Assembly (NCBI GenBank): GCA_964016885.1
Contig: OZ024742.1
Coordinates: 236,344,001-236,408,000, forward strand
Reading direction: 5' to 3'
DNA: 64,000 bases
Source: Eledone cirrhosa
Lineage: Eukaryota
In this document: one piece after another, positions 30,318 to 45,155 of the stretch
Layout: each line of letters opens with the position of its first letter
How positions within the stretch are numbered: the first letter of the stretch is position 1
The notes under the pieces: generated by a model
What the model was told of the DNA's origin: nothing
Seen by the model: only the letters and a program-made list of their open reading frames with translations
The model's database searches: none
Position numbers and translations under genes: made by a program

Positions 30318-30930
30318 AAATATCACTGACGAAGGACTATTTTTTTATCATATGTAACCCATGTGCAACCACGCAGTATTCTTCTTTCTTCTCATGTTTT
30401 TTATATATATTTACCTCGGCTGCGTTTGTCTGTTTCTTTCTTACTGCTTCCCCGTTCTCTCTGTTTCTCTCACCTTCTTTCGCCCCCTCTGTCAGTTACA
30501 CTTTCTCTCGACTGACCGCTTCCTCGCACTTCCACTCACTCACTCTCTGTTTCTCCCCTTCTCACTTCCTCCCGTTTGGCTAACAGTGGGTCTCTTCTTG
30601 CTTACATCTCACTCACGTCGGACGTCTGTACCTTTCGCTCATGAAATCCACCCAGTTTATGCTGACCAGGACTACCATGTTGCTTGTTTTTTTCCTTTCT
30701 TTGGTTTGCTTTTATCCTTCTATGTTGTTCACTTGTCCCCCTCGCTTTACGCGAATTACTGGTCCCAATAACTTGTTTTAGTTATTGCTCGCACCAACCT
30801 GAGGTATATGATTTTTAATGCGATGAAATACCAATCAATGATGGTTGGAAAATCAGTGACGAAGGACTATTTTTATCATATGTAACCCATGTGCAACCAC
30901 GCAGTATTCTTCTTTCTTCTCATGTTTTTA
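30316..30930. mobile_element. Non-coding about 1.15-mer element (530-bp period) in (TA)n
   Basis: tcactgacgaaggactat...ctcatgtttt is repeated at 30323 and 30853; pyrimidine-rich interior; homologous to 38079-38860. Confidence 0.7.
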
Positions 30931-31175
30931 TATATATATATATATATATATACAGTTCTTATATATTTGATATATATTTATCCTTATCGAGCCCTCTTTG
31001 GATTTTAGTCTTCAAATTTATTATTATTACTATTATTATTACCCTTACGGGGTCGATAAAATAATGTACCAGTAATGCACTGGGTAATTGCTGGCCTTGT
31101 GCCTAAAGTAGATAAAATTATTATTCACACACACACACACACACACACACAACAACAGTTTTATATATATAGATA

Positions 31176-31416
<241 letters not shown>

Positions 31417-31610
31417 GTTGTATCATACATTCCCGCCGTTGTTTAAATCAACATATGTTGATTTAAAACTGCACTATTCACAAGTGTTTTTTAACCTTCA
31501 TATCATGTCTCCCTATTTTATCTGACGAAAACGCAAATGTCATCTCATGATGATATTTGTTTTTGAAATGCGCATAATAAAATACATGGAAGTCTTTTAA
31601 CCATCTTTTG

Positions 31611-31648
<38 letters not shown>

Positions 31649-33237
31649 CAAAAGGGATATTTAATTTGTTGGTAATTCAACAAATATAAATGTTTATAAC
31701 TGATTCGAAGCACTCGACAAGTTTTCTGGAGTATAATATTCAATGGTATTAAATAAATGGAAACTATATTTATAAAACCATATTTATTCTATTATATATA
31801 TTTCAAGGGTACCAAAATTTTGGTACGCTCTCATCAGATAAAATACAAAGTTTGTTTTATAAACATTGACATATCAAGGAAGAAGATCTTAACGGTTCAA
31901 GTCTTTCAACCAATATATATATATATATATATTTATATATGCATACAAACACACACATATATATATATATATATTATTTCATATATGATCCAAACGCCTA
32001 TACACGCTCACGCACATTAATACACGCACACACGTGTAAACAAACACATGCATGCAGAATATTATTGAAGCGTTTCATCAATATTGTCAAAATTCCCACC
32101 CCTAGTAGCACCATCACCTCCATCACCACCACCACTAGCATTAGCATCACCATCACCACTATCACTACCACCACCATTACCATTAGCCCCATCACCATCA
32201 CCACTATCACTACCACCACCATTACCATTAGCCCCATCACCATCACCGCTATCATTAGCACCAGCACTACTACCACAGCCATTAGCAGCATCAGCACCAC
32301 CACAATTACCACTACCACTACCGCCACTACCACTACCACCATCACCACCACTACCATTACGACCACCACCACTACCACTACCACCATCACCACCACTACC
32401 ACCACCACTACCATTACGACGACCACCACTACCACTACCACCATCACTACCATTAACACCACGACTGTCATTAAAATTACCATCGCCACCACCATCACCA
32501 GCAACACGAATACCACTACCCAAATCCACCCTTCCACAATTTTCCTCACCACCACCACTAGCACCACAACCATCACAACCCCCACCACCACCTTCATTCC
32601 GCGTCTCTCACTCATTATCTCTATTTTCTCTCATAATTCCCCCTCCTCTCTCTCTCTTACATTATTCTGTCTGTATTCTTCTGTGGAGTCTGTTGTCGTT
32701 CTTTCATTCTCTCTAGTCTCTCATCTCTACCTCACACCACTCTAATATTTACTACTTACTTCCCACCCGTACAGTTATTCTTTAGATTCACCTATCTTTT
32801 TATCTATCTATCTTTCACATTCTCCATCTCTTAATATTTCTGTATCTTTTAACCTTTCCATCTCCATCTCTCACTCTTTCCGTCTCCTACACTATCTCTT
32901 TATCTATCTACATTCTCTCTTTCTCTGTATCATATATAATATTTTTCATTCTCTCGTCTACCCTTCGCTGTCGACAAGACCAATCAAATTTCAGGATTAT
33001 GCGAATGCTAATGGTCTCAACCAATCAGAATTTGGCAAGACCACGTATTTAAATCCAACGAAACAAAACTATATTTAAATGTCAAGGGAACAACGCACGT
33101 ATACAACAAATATAGTTGTGTATATATAGTTGTCAACAGGGTGTGTTTATTTTATGTTCGATCGCATGACACATGTTTGTGTATGTACATGTATTACATG
33201 TATGTTTGTCAATGTGTACACGAGAAATGTTTTAAAT

Positions 33238-33281
<44 letters not shown>

Positions 33282-33282
33282 G

Positions 33283-33319
<37 letters not shown>

Positions 33320-33570
33320 TTATATATGTGTGTGTATGTGAATCCCGGGTTCAATCGGGGGGTAACCATAGTAAGTAAGGTACTCAATACATTAGTAGAG
33401 TGTAAACATCAAGTTTAATATAATATCCTGCTTGTGCAGGAATAGAACTGCTTCATTCGATGATTTCTTTCTTTCTTTTCTCCATAAATTATATCACTGA
33501 TTTAAAATCAATCATCCTTTTCTTACAAAAAATGTGTGAAACGCTGCAAGGCGCGGGTAATTCGGCTAGT

Positions 33571-34419
33571 ATACATAAATGGCAATTTCTGTCTGTTTGT
33601 GTGTGTGTTTGTGTTTGTTTGTGTATTTGTTTGTGAACCTCAAACACAAAAACTACCAAACCGATCTTGATGAAACTTGACACGTGTGAGGGGCTCATGC
33701 CCATTTGATTTCTTACGTACTTTGAAAATCGATAATGTCCAGTCTGTATCGAATTTTTTATAATGAATAGGAAATTTGTATGCAAATGTTCATATGAATG
33801 TTATTTTCTGCCATAACTTTTAAAGATCTCAACCGATTTCCTTCAAACTAGAAACACAGATAGATTATGTGCTAAGGATGGCTTTTTGCTAAAGAAAATT
33901 ATCCGGACCACTCGAGCAAAGCGTAAGCTGATTTTTGATTAACCGATGAACGAGATTTGGCTTAAAATGTTCTCCATAAATCAACTTAATATTCTCTGCT
34001 TCCTGTAACATTTATTTTCTCTAGAGATATATCTTCTTTCTAATTTGTTGAACTATTATGTATTTGTGGTCCTTATAGCATTGAGGCAGCACTCCACTGA
34101 TCTGACCAACAGTTTGTCGCTTTACTAATCCAGCAGTTATTGTAAGTCTTCAGTTTCTCTTGAAAAAAATTCTCAACCTATCCCACGGTTCTATTTGTTT
34201 CCTTATAGCAACACTCAACTTCTCTGAGAAACATTTTTTCACCTGACCAAGTGCAATCAACAATATTTGTTTGTATTATTGTTTCGTAAATGAATTTGTC
34301 TCCGCTTTTGATTATCTGTCCTATATTTTGATTTCATTTTTGGTCTGAGAGGCATTGGGCATTTTAATGGGAACTGGGAATACCCCCGCTTCCCGGGTAT
34401 TACCGGGTACCTTAGCTAG
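33571..34419 (+). mobile_element. Helitron-like element, preceded by another Helitron 3' end (33540-33569)
   Basis: accgatcttgatgaaactt motif; terminal hairpin CCCGGgtattaCCGGG plus CTAG|T. Confidence 0.6.
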
Positions 34420-35112
34420 TATATATATATATATATATATATTGTCAGTGGACGCCATTTGTGACGCCATTCGCAACATTTTCATCAGTGAAAACCCCAT
34501 TAGTAAGTACCTGGTATTGACAGACTGATTCCTTTTTGGTATCAGGCCCCATTGAAACTTTCGGTATTCTCTCTACCTGAACTGCTAATTTCTTCCGCCA
34601 AATTGTGATGTTGGTATCACACGTGAGGAAGGAAACCTGTTAGGTGCATTGGCTGATGCATTGGCTGTTCTTTGTGGTAACATTTTGGCCATTTTGTTAT
34701 ATTCATCAGCGAAGGGTGTAGGCCAGAAATTCCCATATCCTTTAGAGCATTAAACCCCTTTGAGGAATCCTTGATAATTCAACGACCCTATTGATGGACT
34801 AAATACATCAGCAAACATAATATAAAATAAATAGACAATAAAGTTTAATTATATATAAACCAGAAACCTATATAAGCAACTTATATTTGTATTAATTTAA
34901 ATATTTTAATTTCTTGTCGGATGCTCAATCGACTCCAAACCTGAGTAACTCCACCGATCCCAGGGATCAATATCGACCATTTTGGGACCCCATGGTGTAG
35001 AGTCTCACTCCACTTCATAACCCCTCTTTTTATTATTTTTTTTATTGTGTACGGAAGTATAATAAAATTTAGGTGGTGACGATTAATAAAGAGAAGCACG
35101 CGGGCACACACA

Positions 35113-35515
35113 CATGCACATCTGTTAGTGTATTATACACGAGTAAACACATGCACATCTGTGAGTGTATTATACACGAGTAAACACACGTACATCCGTG
35201 TGTATATTATACACAAGTAAACACATGCACATCTGTGAGTGTATTATACACAAGTAAACACATGTACATCCGTGTGTATATTATACACAAGTAAACACAT
35301 GCACATCTGTGAGTGTATTTTACACAAGTAAACACATGTACATCCGTGTGTATATTATACACAAATAAACACATGCACATCTGTGAGTGTATTATACACA
35401 AGCAAACACATGCACATCCGTGTGTATATTATACACAAGTAAACACATGCACATCTGTGAGTGTTTTATACACAAGTAAACACATGCACATCCGTATGTG
35501 TTATACACGAGTAAA
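35113..35515. repeat. 37-bp minisatellite, about 11 copies, two alternating variants
   Basis: catgcacatctgtgagtgtattatacacaagtaaaca alternates with catgtacatccgtgtgtatattatacacaagtaaaca. Confidence 0.9.
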
Positions 35516-35696
35516 ATATAAATATAAGCTGAATATTTAAATAGTTATACTTAATTTAATTAGTTTTAATACCTAATTAATATTAGCAGTTCTCCTTTAA
35601 AATAACTTTTTCTAAATAAGGGTGCGGCGTTTATCCTGGTATATACGGGTTGCATTCGTATATGTATAATATCTATCTATCTATCTATCTATCTGT

Positions 35697-36690
35697 CTGA
35701 CCGAGCTACAGTCCTGGGTCAAGCAAAGACCGAGGAAAATGGGCGACTGGCACATCGAATGTGCTCAGGCGCTCACAGCCCTCTGGCAGGCAATCAGTGG
35801 GGACTCCACTTCGTCATTCTATAGAGGGTTGATCCGCAGCAAGTGCGACGACGTGCTCGGAGAAGCTCTAGGCGTAGAGGAAGACGAACTGGCCAGTCTG
35901 TTCGGTAGAACCTTCCGCTCGGGACCGATGGACAACTTCCAAAAGTCCCTGGCCCGGCAGCGCTACAGAGGAGCTCTACCAGTTCGAGACAAGCTCTACA
36001 GACATGGGCGCCCGAGCAGGGACCCTTCGAAAAAGATCTGTCTGAGATGCGTGCGAGACGAAGAAACCGTCGTGCACGCATTCATACACAGCCCGGGCGT
36101 TACCGACCTGTGGGGCTATGTAGAACGACTATTATCGCGGGTGGGACCAATCCGGTTGACCATCGAGTCCATTTTCATGATCAAACCGCCACCCTCCTTC
36201 AAAAACGAAGGAGAGGCGGTTTTCCTTTGTGTGATAGCTATGGCGAAAGAGGTTGTATGGTGGACGAGGTTAAAAGGGCTGAGGTCAGACACCTTTCTCT
36301 CCGGCCAACAACAGATTCTTTTTTTCAAATACCACTTTGGAAGAAGAACCAGGATGGAGAGAGAAGTGCTGTACCCCAGCAAGTTTTATGAAAGGTGGGT
36401 GAAAGTGGCGAGAATGGCCCGAGTGGATATTCTCTCTATATCAGCCTGTAGGTTGAGGAAAAAGAGGAGAAGAGGAAAGGGGGTACAAACTCTTCGTACT
36501 CCTGGAGATGAGGGTTGCGCATTTTTTCGGGGGTATGTGTTACCCATATGAAATGTCTCCCCCTATTGGGGAAAATCGATTAACTTTTCAATTGCATTTG
36601 TGATAATATTTTACACGTTTTTTATTGTATGTAAACTTCCCCCTTTGTATTTGTCCCCTTATTTTGTGCCCCTGTGGCTAATAAAGAAAC
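35697..36690 (+). mobile_element. 5'-truncated Tx1/L1-clade LINE (ORF2 C-terminus, zf-RVT-like) in an (ATCT/GTCT)n tract
   Basis: DNFQKSL...RGALPVRDKLYRHG...CLRC..DEETVVHAF...W, then a 3' UTR with AATAAA at about 36680; atct/gtct repeats both sides. Confidence 0.8.
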
Positions 36691-36991
36691 ATATCTGTCT
36701 GTCTGTCTATCATTTATCTGTCTATCTCTCATAAGATCTCAGGCTAGACCTGAGCATCATGTGCAAGTGGTCAAGCTTTACATTAAGCCGGTTTATAGCT
36801 ACTGTCGCTCAGATAGTGGGATTGCCTCAGTGCACAGTCTTTCCTCACTTTAAAAAATATCTTCACGCACAGACATTACATGATAGAATTAATTAATAAT
36901 TATTAATAATGGTATATCGTGCAATGGCCATACTCGATAACGAGGGGACAGCCAACATGTATGTATGTATGTATGTATGTATGTATGTATG

Positions 36992-37022
<31 letters not shown>

Positions 37023-37496
37023 TACAAGTAAAAAAAGAGCATTAATTAGTTTAACGCTTAAAACATGACTATATAAACAAACCTTTTGGTAACGAACATC
37101 TGTGATAACAAACGCTTTCCCATAAATATGGTAACGAATAAAATCGTTTGAACGAACGATTTCCATACAAAAAAGTACAAATGAAAAACTAAGTTAACGA
37201 TGCACAACTATAGTTTTGTGCCACCAGCCTCCAGAATTTCTGTCCTCCTTACTTTTCGACAAGAAAATGATAAGAATGCATGTATTTTAAGTAAACATTT
37301 GCAGAAATATGTTTTCCATGATGTAGATTTCGAGTGTGTTGAAGAAAAAAAAATATTAAAAAGATTAATTACAATTTATAACACTTTGGTTATTGCATAT
37401 AGTATATAGTTCCGTTCGTTAATGCTATCATTTATTGAATACTTTCGATTTGTTTTTGGTGTAGGCTAAATTCGGAAATTTCATGTTGATAATTAA

Positions 37497-37817
37497 TAAT
37501 TGTTTCTACTTTTGGCACAAGGTCAGCAATTACTCAGTGTATTACTGGTACTTTATTTTATCGACCCCGTAAGGATAAAAGGCAAAGTTAACCTCGGCGG
37601 GATTTGAACTCAGAATGTTGATAATTAATAATAACTTTTTCTACGTTAGGCACAAGGCCAGCAATTATCCCAGTGCATTACTGGTACTTTATTTTATCGA
37701 CCCCGTAAGGATGAAAGGCAAAGTCAACCTCGGCGGGATTTGAACTCAGATCGTAAAGGGACGTAACTATGCTGGAAAGCATGGTGTCTGACCCTCTACT
37801 GATACTGCCAATCCACC
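37497..37817 (-). mobile_element. Two tandem SINE copies
   Basis: Reverse-complement consensus match. Confidence 0.85.
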
Positions 37818-37900
37818 GAATTAATTATAACAACCAGGAAACATATTCTATAGTAATGTAAATTTATCACTACAACTATGAATTGTATGGAAAACAATAT

Positions 37901-37961
<61 letters not shown>

Positions 37962-37963
37962 CA

Positions 37964-38029
<66 letters not shown>

Positions 38030-38031
38030 CA

Positions 38032-38078
<47 letters not shown>

Positions 38079-38083
<5 letters not shown>

Positions 38084-38860
38084 TACACTCGTGTTCCCTT
38101 TATTTACGTGTCCCAACGACTTCTTTTTAGCCGTTGCTCGCACCAACCGGAGGTATATGGTCTTTAAAGCGATGAAATACCAATGATGGTTGGAAGATCA
38201 CTGATGAAGGACTGACTTTATTCATATGTAACCCATTAGCAACCCTGCAGCACGTTTTTCTCATATTTACACATATTTTTTCCCCCGCTGTTACACGTCT
38301 ATTTCGTTCTTACTGCTTCCTCCTTCTCTGTACCTTTACCCTCTCTAGCAGTCACTCTCTCTGTTAGCCTCTTCCTCACCCTTCACTCACTCATTCTCTG
38401 TTACTACCTCTCCTCCTCCTCCTTCTTCCCGTTTGACCTGTGCGTAATTCTTTTCTTTCGCACCCTTGGTCTGGCAGGTCGCTTTTTTTCTCTCTCTCGT
38501 CTACGATTTCACAGAACTTACGTTCACCGAAATTACAGACTTGATCCCTTCTTCCTCCCGTTAGACCTGTACGGAATTCCTTCCTTGCTTACATTCCAAC
38601 CAGGTTTGATGGTCTTTATTCTCTCTCGTTCACGATTTCACCGAATTTAAATTCATAGAAATTTGGGACTTGACCCCTTCTTCCTCACTTTTCGTTGCTT
38701 CACCATTTTGTTTGTTTACACTCGTGTTCCCTTTATTTACGTGTCCCAACGACTTTTTTTTAGCCGTTGCTCGCACCAACCGGAGGTATATGGTCTTTAA
38801 AGCGATGAAATACCAATGATGGTTGGAAGATCACTGATGAAGGACTAACTTTATTCATAT
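38079..38860. mobile_element. Same family, about 1.2-mer (633-bp period) with a different permutation point
   Basis: About 147-bp direct repeat gtttacactcgtg...ttattcat at 38081 and 38714; (TA)n both sides. Confidence 0.7.
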
Positions 38861-39217
38861 ATATATATATATATATATATATGCACGCATGCATGTATAT
38901 ATATATATACATGTTGGACCGCCATAGTTTTCAGCGACGAATGCTCTAATCAACAGATCTGCCTGCTCGTGAAACTAACGTTTAAGTAGCTGAGCATTCC
39001 ATATAGACGGGCACACTTAACGAAGCCCTCAGGGAGATTCAGCGTGTCACAATTTATAATAAGGCTAGCCCGCTGAGTGGATTGAAGCAACGTAACATAA
39101 AGTGAAAGACAGATCGTGTTGTGAACTCACGACTATAATCATTGTGAATCAAGTCCTGTAACCACTGGCGTGCACCTATATATATATATATATATAATAT
39201 ATATGTATATGTTACTG

Positions 39218-39307
<90 letters not shown>

Positions 39308-39567
39308 ATACATATATACATATTCATATATACATATATATATATACAGAGAGAGAGAGAGAGAGAGAGAGATGCATACATACACACACGCACATATATA
39401 TATATATATGTGTGCGTCTGTGTGTTTGTCTGTGTGTGTGAAGATGTGATTAGAAACGATGAAAGGATTTTGAAATTTATGACTAAGTTAGAAGCTTCAG
39501 CTACAGAAAGATATTCTCAATAATAGAATATATAAATATTTTTCTCTAGTCAAAGAATTTGATGAAG

Positions 39568-39695
<128 letters not shown>

Positions 39696-39755
39696 ATATA
39701 TGTTTTATTGATGGCGCACTATCTCTCTCTAGTGTGTTTCCTTTTCAACATATTG

Positions 39756-39786
<31 letters not shown>

Positions 39787-39869
39787 TATTATAAGAACAG
39801 ATTAAAGTTTAAGCAAAGAATCGCGGCTTAAACTATAATCTGTTCTTATAATAGATATTTGCTCTACGC

Positions 39870-39906
<37 letters not shown>

Positions 39907-39911
<5 letters not shown>

Positions 39912-41871
39912 ATACCTGGGGAGGGTCATATTTGTGTAATAATATTGCCAGAATTAATAACAGAACACACTCACTGTTTGGTTGGTTTTCGCTTCTGTGT
40001 CTTTTATATCGGTTTTTAACATATTCAAATTTAACACATTCAAATTCAACAAGAAGATCTACACCCAAAATGAGGGAGCAGCCATTGGCGTCAGCATAGC
40101 TGGTGACGTTGCCAACCTTTTTATTGTTTGGTGGGAAAGGAGACTCAAAGATCTCCTTGATGAGAGCTCCATAGACCTCTTCATGTACTCTCGTTACCTA
40201 GACGACATCAATATAGTAATAAGGACATCCCCACAAGAGAGTACTAACAAGTTTGATTTAGAACGTAGCACAATGGAAAGCATCCAGCAGATAGCTAATT
40301 CCATACACCAGAGTATAACTGTAACTATCGACTACCCTTCCAAACACCCGAACAATAGACTACCTGTATTAGACACGGAACTCTGGATTAACACTATAGA
40401 CGAGAGAGCCCAAATTCTCCACTCAGACTATGCTAAACCCATGGCCTCCAAATACCTGATACTCAAAAACTCAGCAATGTCCAGTAATGCTAAGTTTAAT
40501 ATTCTGATCGCAGACTTGGTACGAGTGATGAAGAACGTGTCCCGCATGTGCGACCCAACAGAAATGGAAAGACACATCCAACACTTCATCAACCGCATGC
40601 AGTTCTTTGGCTACAACCAAAGAGACAGAGTCAGAGTATACGAAGGAGCCACGGAGAATATAAGACCCTCATAGAACTGGACATGAAAGGAATTTGCCCA
40701 TTATACAGGAGCAAATCATGGAATAGCTTAGACAGGACTAGACATAAGATAGGGAAAGCCACCTCATGGTACGACAACCAGAGTGTCATGTTTGTGGACG
40801 CTACCCCTGGAGGGAAATTAGCTAACCAGTGTAGAAAGGCCCTGAGAAAGACCCACTTAAAGATTAAGGTGGTAGAAAAGCCAGGAACCACCATAATATC
40901 CCTGATCAGCAAAACCTACCCTTTTAAGAAAACCCACTGTACTAATAGGGAATGTATTATATGTAAAGTAAACCCCCGGATAAACTGTAAAACTAGAAAC
41001 GTAGTCTATAGCATAAGATGTACAGAGGGTACTTGCAGAAACATGACAACAACATACAGAGGCGAGACAGCTCGTAGCATAGGTGAAAGGATAGACCAAC
41101 ACTGGGGGGAACTAAAATGACGAAAAAAACGGTTCAGTACTATACGAACATGCCAGACAACAACACGACAGTAACATAGACAACATAGAAATCAGAATAA
41201 TATCTAAACATAGAAATGACCCAGCAGATAGGCAAATCAGAGAGGCCAGCGAAATAGAACTGAGAAGGCCAAGGCTAAACAGAGAAAATGAATAGAATAA
41301 CAACAACACCCAAACAAACAATACTGACCTAAGAGAAGTATAAATAAATAAATAAATACATACACAAGCACAATAACAACAAACACATATAAACACACAC
41401 TAGTAAACTAAGATAGAATACAATAACCAATACACAGTCACCCAAACACGAACACACATCAAACACTATACACACGCAAACGCATGCGCAGAGAAGACAA
41501 AAAAAAAAATAAATAAACAGACTAAATAAAGATGGCGTAGGCATACAATACAACGGGAGGAAACATAATAGCACCACTGACGATGTTGCAGATGTGCAAC
41601 GAAAGAACTTTGTTAGACTATATATATGTATTTGTGTCTATATTGTATCTGTATTTTTGACCGTTGCTCAGTCAATGGTAACATTGAGGACCGAATAAAT
41701 TAAATTAACCGATATACAAGAAACAGAAGCGAAAACCAACCAAACAGTGAGTGTGTTATGTTATTAATTCTGGCAATATTATTACATAAATATGACCCTC
41801 CCCAAGTATAACAATATTTGTTTTGACACACGATTTCATATCAAAAACCTCGCAAAACTAATTCATCGCCG

Positions 41872-41872
<1 letters not shown>
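39907..41872 (+). mobile_element. 5'-truncated Penelope-like element (possibly Nematis-type) with inverted 3'-end copy at its 5' side, in (TA)n
   Basis: YTQNEGAAIG, RYLDD, LPVLD, KPMAS, PLYR, FVDATPGG, C..C..C linker, VVY.I.C, YRGETARSIGERIDQH, RQIREA. 39907-40014 is the reverse complement of about 41710-41816. Hammerhead at 41573-41614. Confidence 0.88.
41573..41614 (+). ncRNA. Minimal hammerhead in the PLE 3' UTR (homolog 44649-44691, minus strand)
   Basis: acca CTGACGA t gttgca-gatg-tgcaac GAAAG aa CTT tgtt. The homolog reads gtca CTGAAGA...GAAAG aa CTT tgac. Confidence 0.7.
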
Positions 41873-41926
<54 letters not shown>

Positions 41927-42715
41927 AGTGTGTGTGTTTTTAATGGTAGCTATGGTGCTTCCATAGGCGGTATGCCAGTTGAGCACTCTATGTTCTAACA
42001 GAGCAGAGTGTGATATAATATAAAACGAAAAATCAGTGATGCATCTAGACTCAGTTTATTGTGTGTTACAATTGTTTCGCCGGCAGATAGTTCGAGAAAA
42101 TTTGCTCCGAAAGCCATGCATATGTCCGAAGAACCCGCAGTTCTAGAATCAGACAGATCCATACAATGATCGTGTCTCGGCCTATCTGCCGGCGAAACAA
42201 TTGTAACACACAATAAACTGAGTCTAGATGCATCACTGATTTTTCGTTTTATATTATATATATATATATATATATAATCTTCATCGAGCCCTCTTCGGAT
42301 TTTAGTCTTCACATTTATTATTACTATATATATAATATATATATAGTTAATAAATGAAACAAAACAAATCACAGGAAGCAAAATTATAGTTATATTAGGT
42401 TCACGCTTGGAGGGGGAGGAAGACGTTTCAACGTTTCGGACAGAAGTCTTCCTTCAGATAGACGTATGAGTAGTGTATGTCAGGGGGCCGGATTAAAGAA
42501 CGCTTCCTAAATCATCTGTCGTGAAGAATATTCCCACTGCCTATGACCTATATATATATATTTATTGAGTATATGTTGGTTGTTTACCGACACCTTAGTA
42601 TGCAGATTGGAGCACTCGACGAAGTACGCAGGTTGGTTTGTTTACTCCGGTGTAATGTAAAATAATTAAGTCAAATAGGTAAAATTTGGCTTCGTTTATT
42701 ATAAATTATAAATAT

Positions 42716-42770
42716 ACTGCTATATATATTTCGGTGACAGCCATCATTGGCTGTGACGTCTTCAGGCAGT
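42716..42770 (-). ncRNA. Minimal type-I hammerhead ribozyme (intact core)
   Basis: actgc CTGAAGA c gtcacagcca-atga-tggctgtcac c GAAAT atat ATA gcagt. Stem I is perfect and stem III is palindromic. The inverted twin at about 42931-42981 has lost GAAG from the core. Confidence 0.8.
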
Positions 42771-43034
42771 CCGAGTTGGTGTGGTAAAGACAGGTACACA
42801 TGTCCAGCACCTGGTTGCGTTGTTATTTCTCAGAGAAATAATAACGCAACCAGGAGCAGGACATATCGGAGTATTGCCGAAGTAAAACACTTAAACAACA
42901 TGTGTACCTGTCTCTACCACACCAACTCGGACTGCCTACGTCACAGTCAATGATGGCTGTCACCGAAATATATATAGCAGTATATCTATATAATTTATAA
43001 TAAACCAAGCCAAATTTTACCTATTTGACTTAAT

Positions 43035-43092
<58 letters not shown>

Positions 43093-43099
43093 CCAATGA

Positions 43100-43300
43100 A
43101 TCGATCATTCTCCGATAGGTTTTTCGTCGAACCTGTAGCTGTGGAGACTTCTTGTTCCAGGGTCACCGCCTTACTCTGTACTATCGGGGATAAATTAGTC
43201 ACCTATTGCAGAGAGCTCCGCAAGGTGGAATCGCTATTTCAACGTATCCCCCCTTACCATCCCCCGGGGCAACTCTTTCTCCATTCTGTTTGCTGAGCCC
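43100..43300 (+). mobile_element. Older CRE-like 3' fragment
   Basis: SFSDRFFVEPVAVETS...LLCTIGDKL...LFQRI is homologous to 11340-11530. Confidence 0.6.
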
Positions 43301-43740
43301 ACGAGGCGGCTTACCAGCAACGTTCTGCACGCCAGAGAACACAGCCCGCGCTCGTATAATTGGAGTAGAGATGTTAGAATACTCTTTATTCATTTAATGG
43401 ATATGTGTTGTGTTTGTAGTTGTATCTAATTGTTTGAATGTTATCACGTAGTTCTAAGTTCAGTCCTTCCGTGCAGCAGCTGGCGCAAGTGCCTTCTAAT
43501 ATACTCTCGGGTTGACTTAAGCCTGCAGTTTCGTCTGCCAATTTCCCCACACATAATATATATATATATACATACATCGTCCTTGTATTATTATATTTAA
43601 CTTTGCCTTTCATCCTTACGAGGTCGATAAAATAAAGTACCAGTAATGCACTGAGTAATTTGCTGGCCTTGTGCCAAACGTAGAAACAATTATATATATA
43701 TATGTATATATATATGTGTGTGTCTGTGTGTGTATATATA

Positions 43741-43824
<84 letters not shown>

Positions 43825-44058
43825 TACACACATATATATATATACATATAATATAAAACGAAAAATCAGTGATGCATCTGAACTCAATTTATTGTGTGTT
43901 ACAATTGTTTCGCCGGCAGACAGCTCGAGACACGATCATTGTGTGGATCTATATATACATATATACATATATTCAATCAATGAAACAATTGTTAATACTG
44001 TAAATAAGACCCTTTTTGTACAGCCGACCATGTTATTCTTCACTCTTTCACTACACAC

Positions 44059-44114
<56 letters not shown>

Positions 44115-44408
44115 TAGAAAGTGAGGTTTTTGGGGGTTTTTTTTACAAAATGAAAAATAACCGAGGTGTCCTACACGAGTGAAAGTATAAAGAAAAAAAG
44201 ATGAAATCGAAAATGCAACTGGAGTCTTATTTAAAAAAAATATATATATATTTATTTGGTTCCTTTACCGGTTTCGCAGTTCTTCTGCTTTTCAAAAACT
44301 CTACTTTGAAAAGCAGAAGAACTGCGAAACCGGTAAAGGAACCAAATAAATATATATATTTTTTTAAAAAATAAGACTCCAGTTGCATTTTCGATTTCAT
44401 CTGTTTTT

Positions 44409-44496
<88 letters not shown>

Positions 44497-44502
<6 letters not shown>

Positions 44503-44982
44503 ATACGTTGGGAGGGTCATGTTGCCAATAAGAAACACACGCACCAGTTGCTTTCACTTAAATTTATTATAATAAATTTATAAATTTAGGAATTTATAAA
44601 TTTCCGGTTGGTTGGTTGGTTCCACAACCAGATGGTTGTTTATATATTGTCAAAGTTCTTTCGTTACACATTCTGTGACCTCTTCAGTGACTGGGGATTC
44701 TTTTCTTTGTTTTTGTGCCTCTCCTTTGTTCTGTCCTACGCCATCTTGTTTTTGTGTGTGTTTTGAACACACAATCATGAATAAACAAACATCTGGTTGT
44801 GGAACCAACCAACCAACCGGAAATTTATAAATTCCTAAATTTATAAATTTATTATAATAAATTTAAGTGAAAGCAACTGGTGCGTGTGTTTCTTATTGGC
44901 AACATGACCCTCCCAAAGTATAACAATATCGGTTTCAACACACGTTTTCAAATAAGAATCTTGCTAAACAAAGTCAGAAACG
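44497..44982. mobile_element. Non-coding PLE end of a sister family (inverted 3' UTR plus forward end with tail)
   Basis: About 135-bp inverted arms. It shares aagatggcgtagg, a hammerhead (44649-44691, minus strand) and ATGACCCTCCCaAAGTATAACAATA with the 39.9-kb PLE. Confidence 0.75.
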
Positions 44983-45087
44983 ATATATATATATATACAC
45001 ATATATATATATATATACATTACGTAAGGAAGAAACATTGTAAGCCAATAAAAATCTTTTGATGTTGTAGACGCTCTTGTGTTCTTT

Positions 45088-45149
<62 letters not shown>

Positions 45150-45155
<6 letters not shown>

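Noticed and set aside
31939-32745. Thr-rich, Pro-rich and Gly-rich ORFs (mucin- or extensin-like)
   Set aside because: Degenerate (CAC/CAT)n microsatellite open in several frames on both strands; no splice or domain evidence.
42425-42465. Additional hammerheads at 42430 (minus) and 55596-55636 (minus) as functional ribozymes
   Set aside because: Core mutations (CTGAAGG with unpaired stem I; GATAC for GAAAC); counted only as relics.
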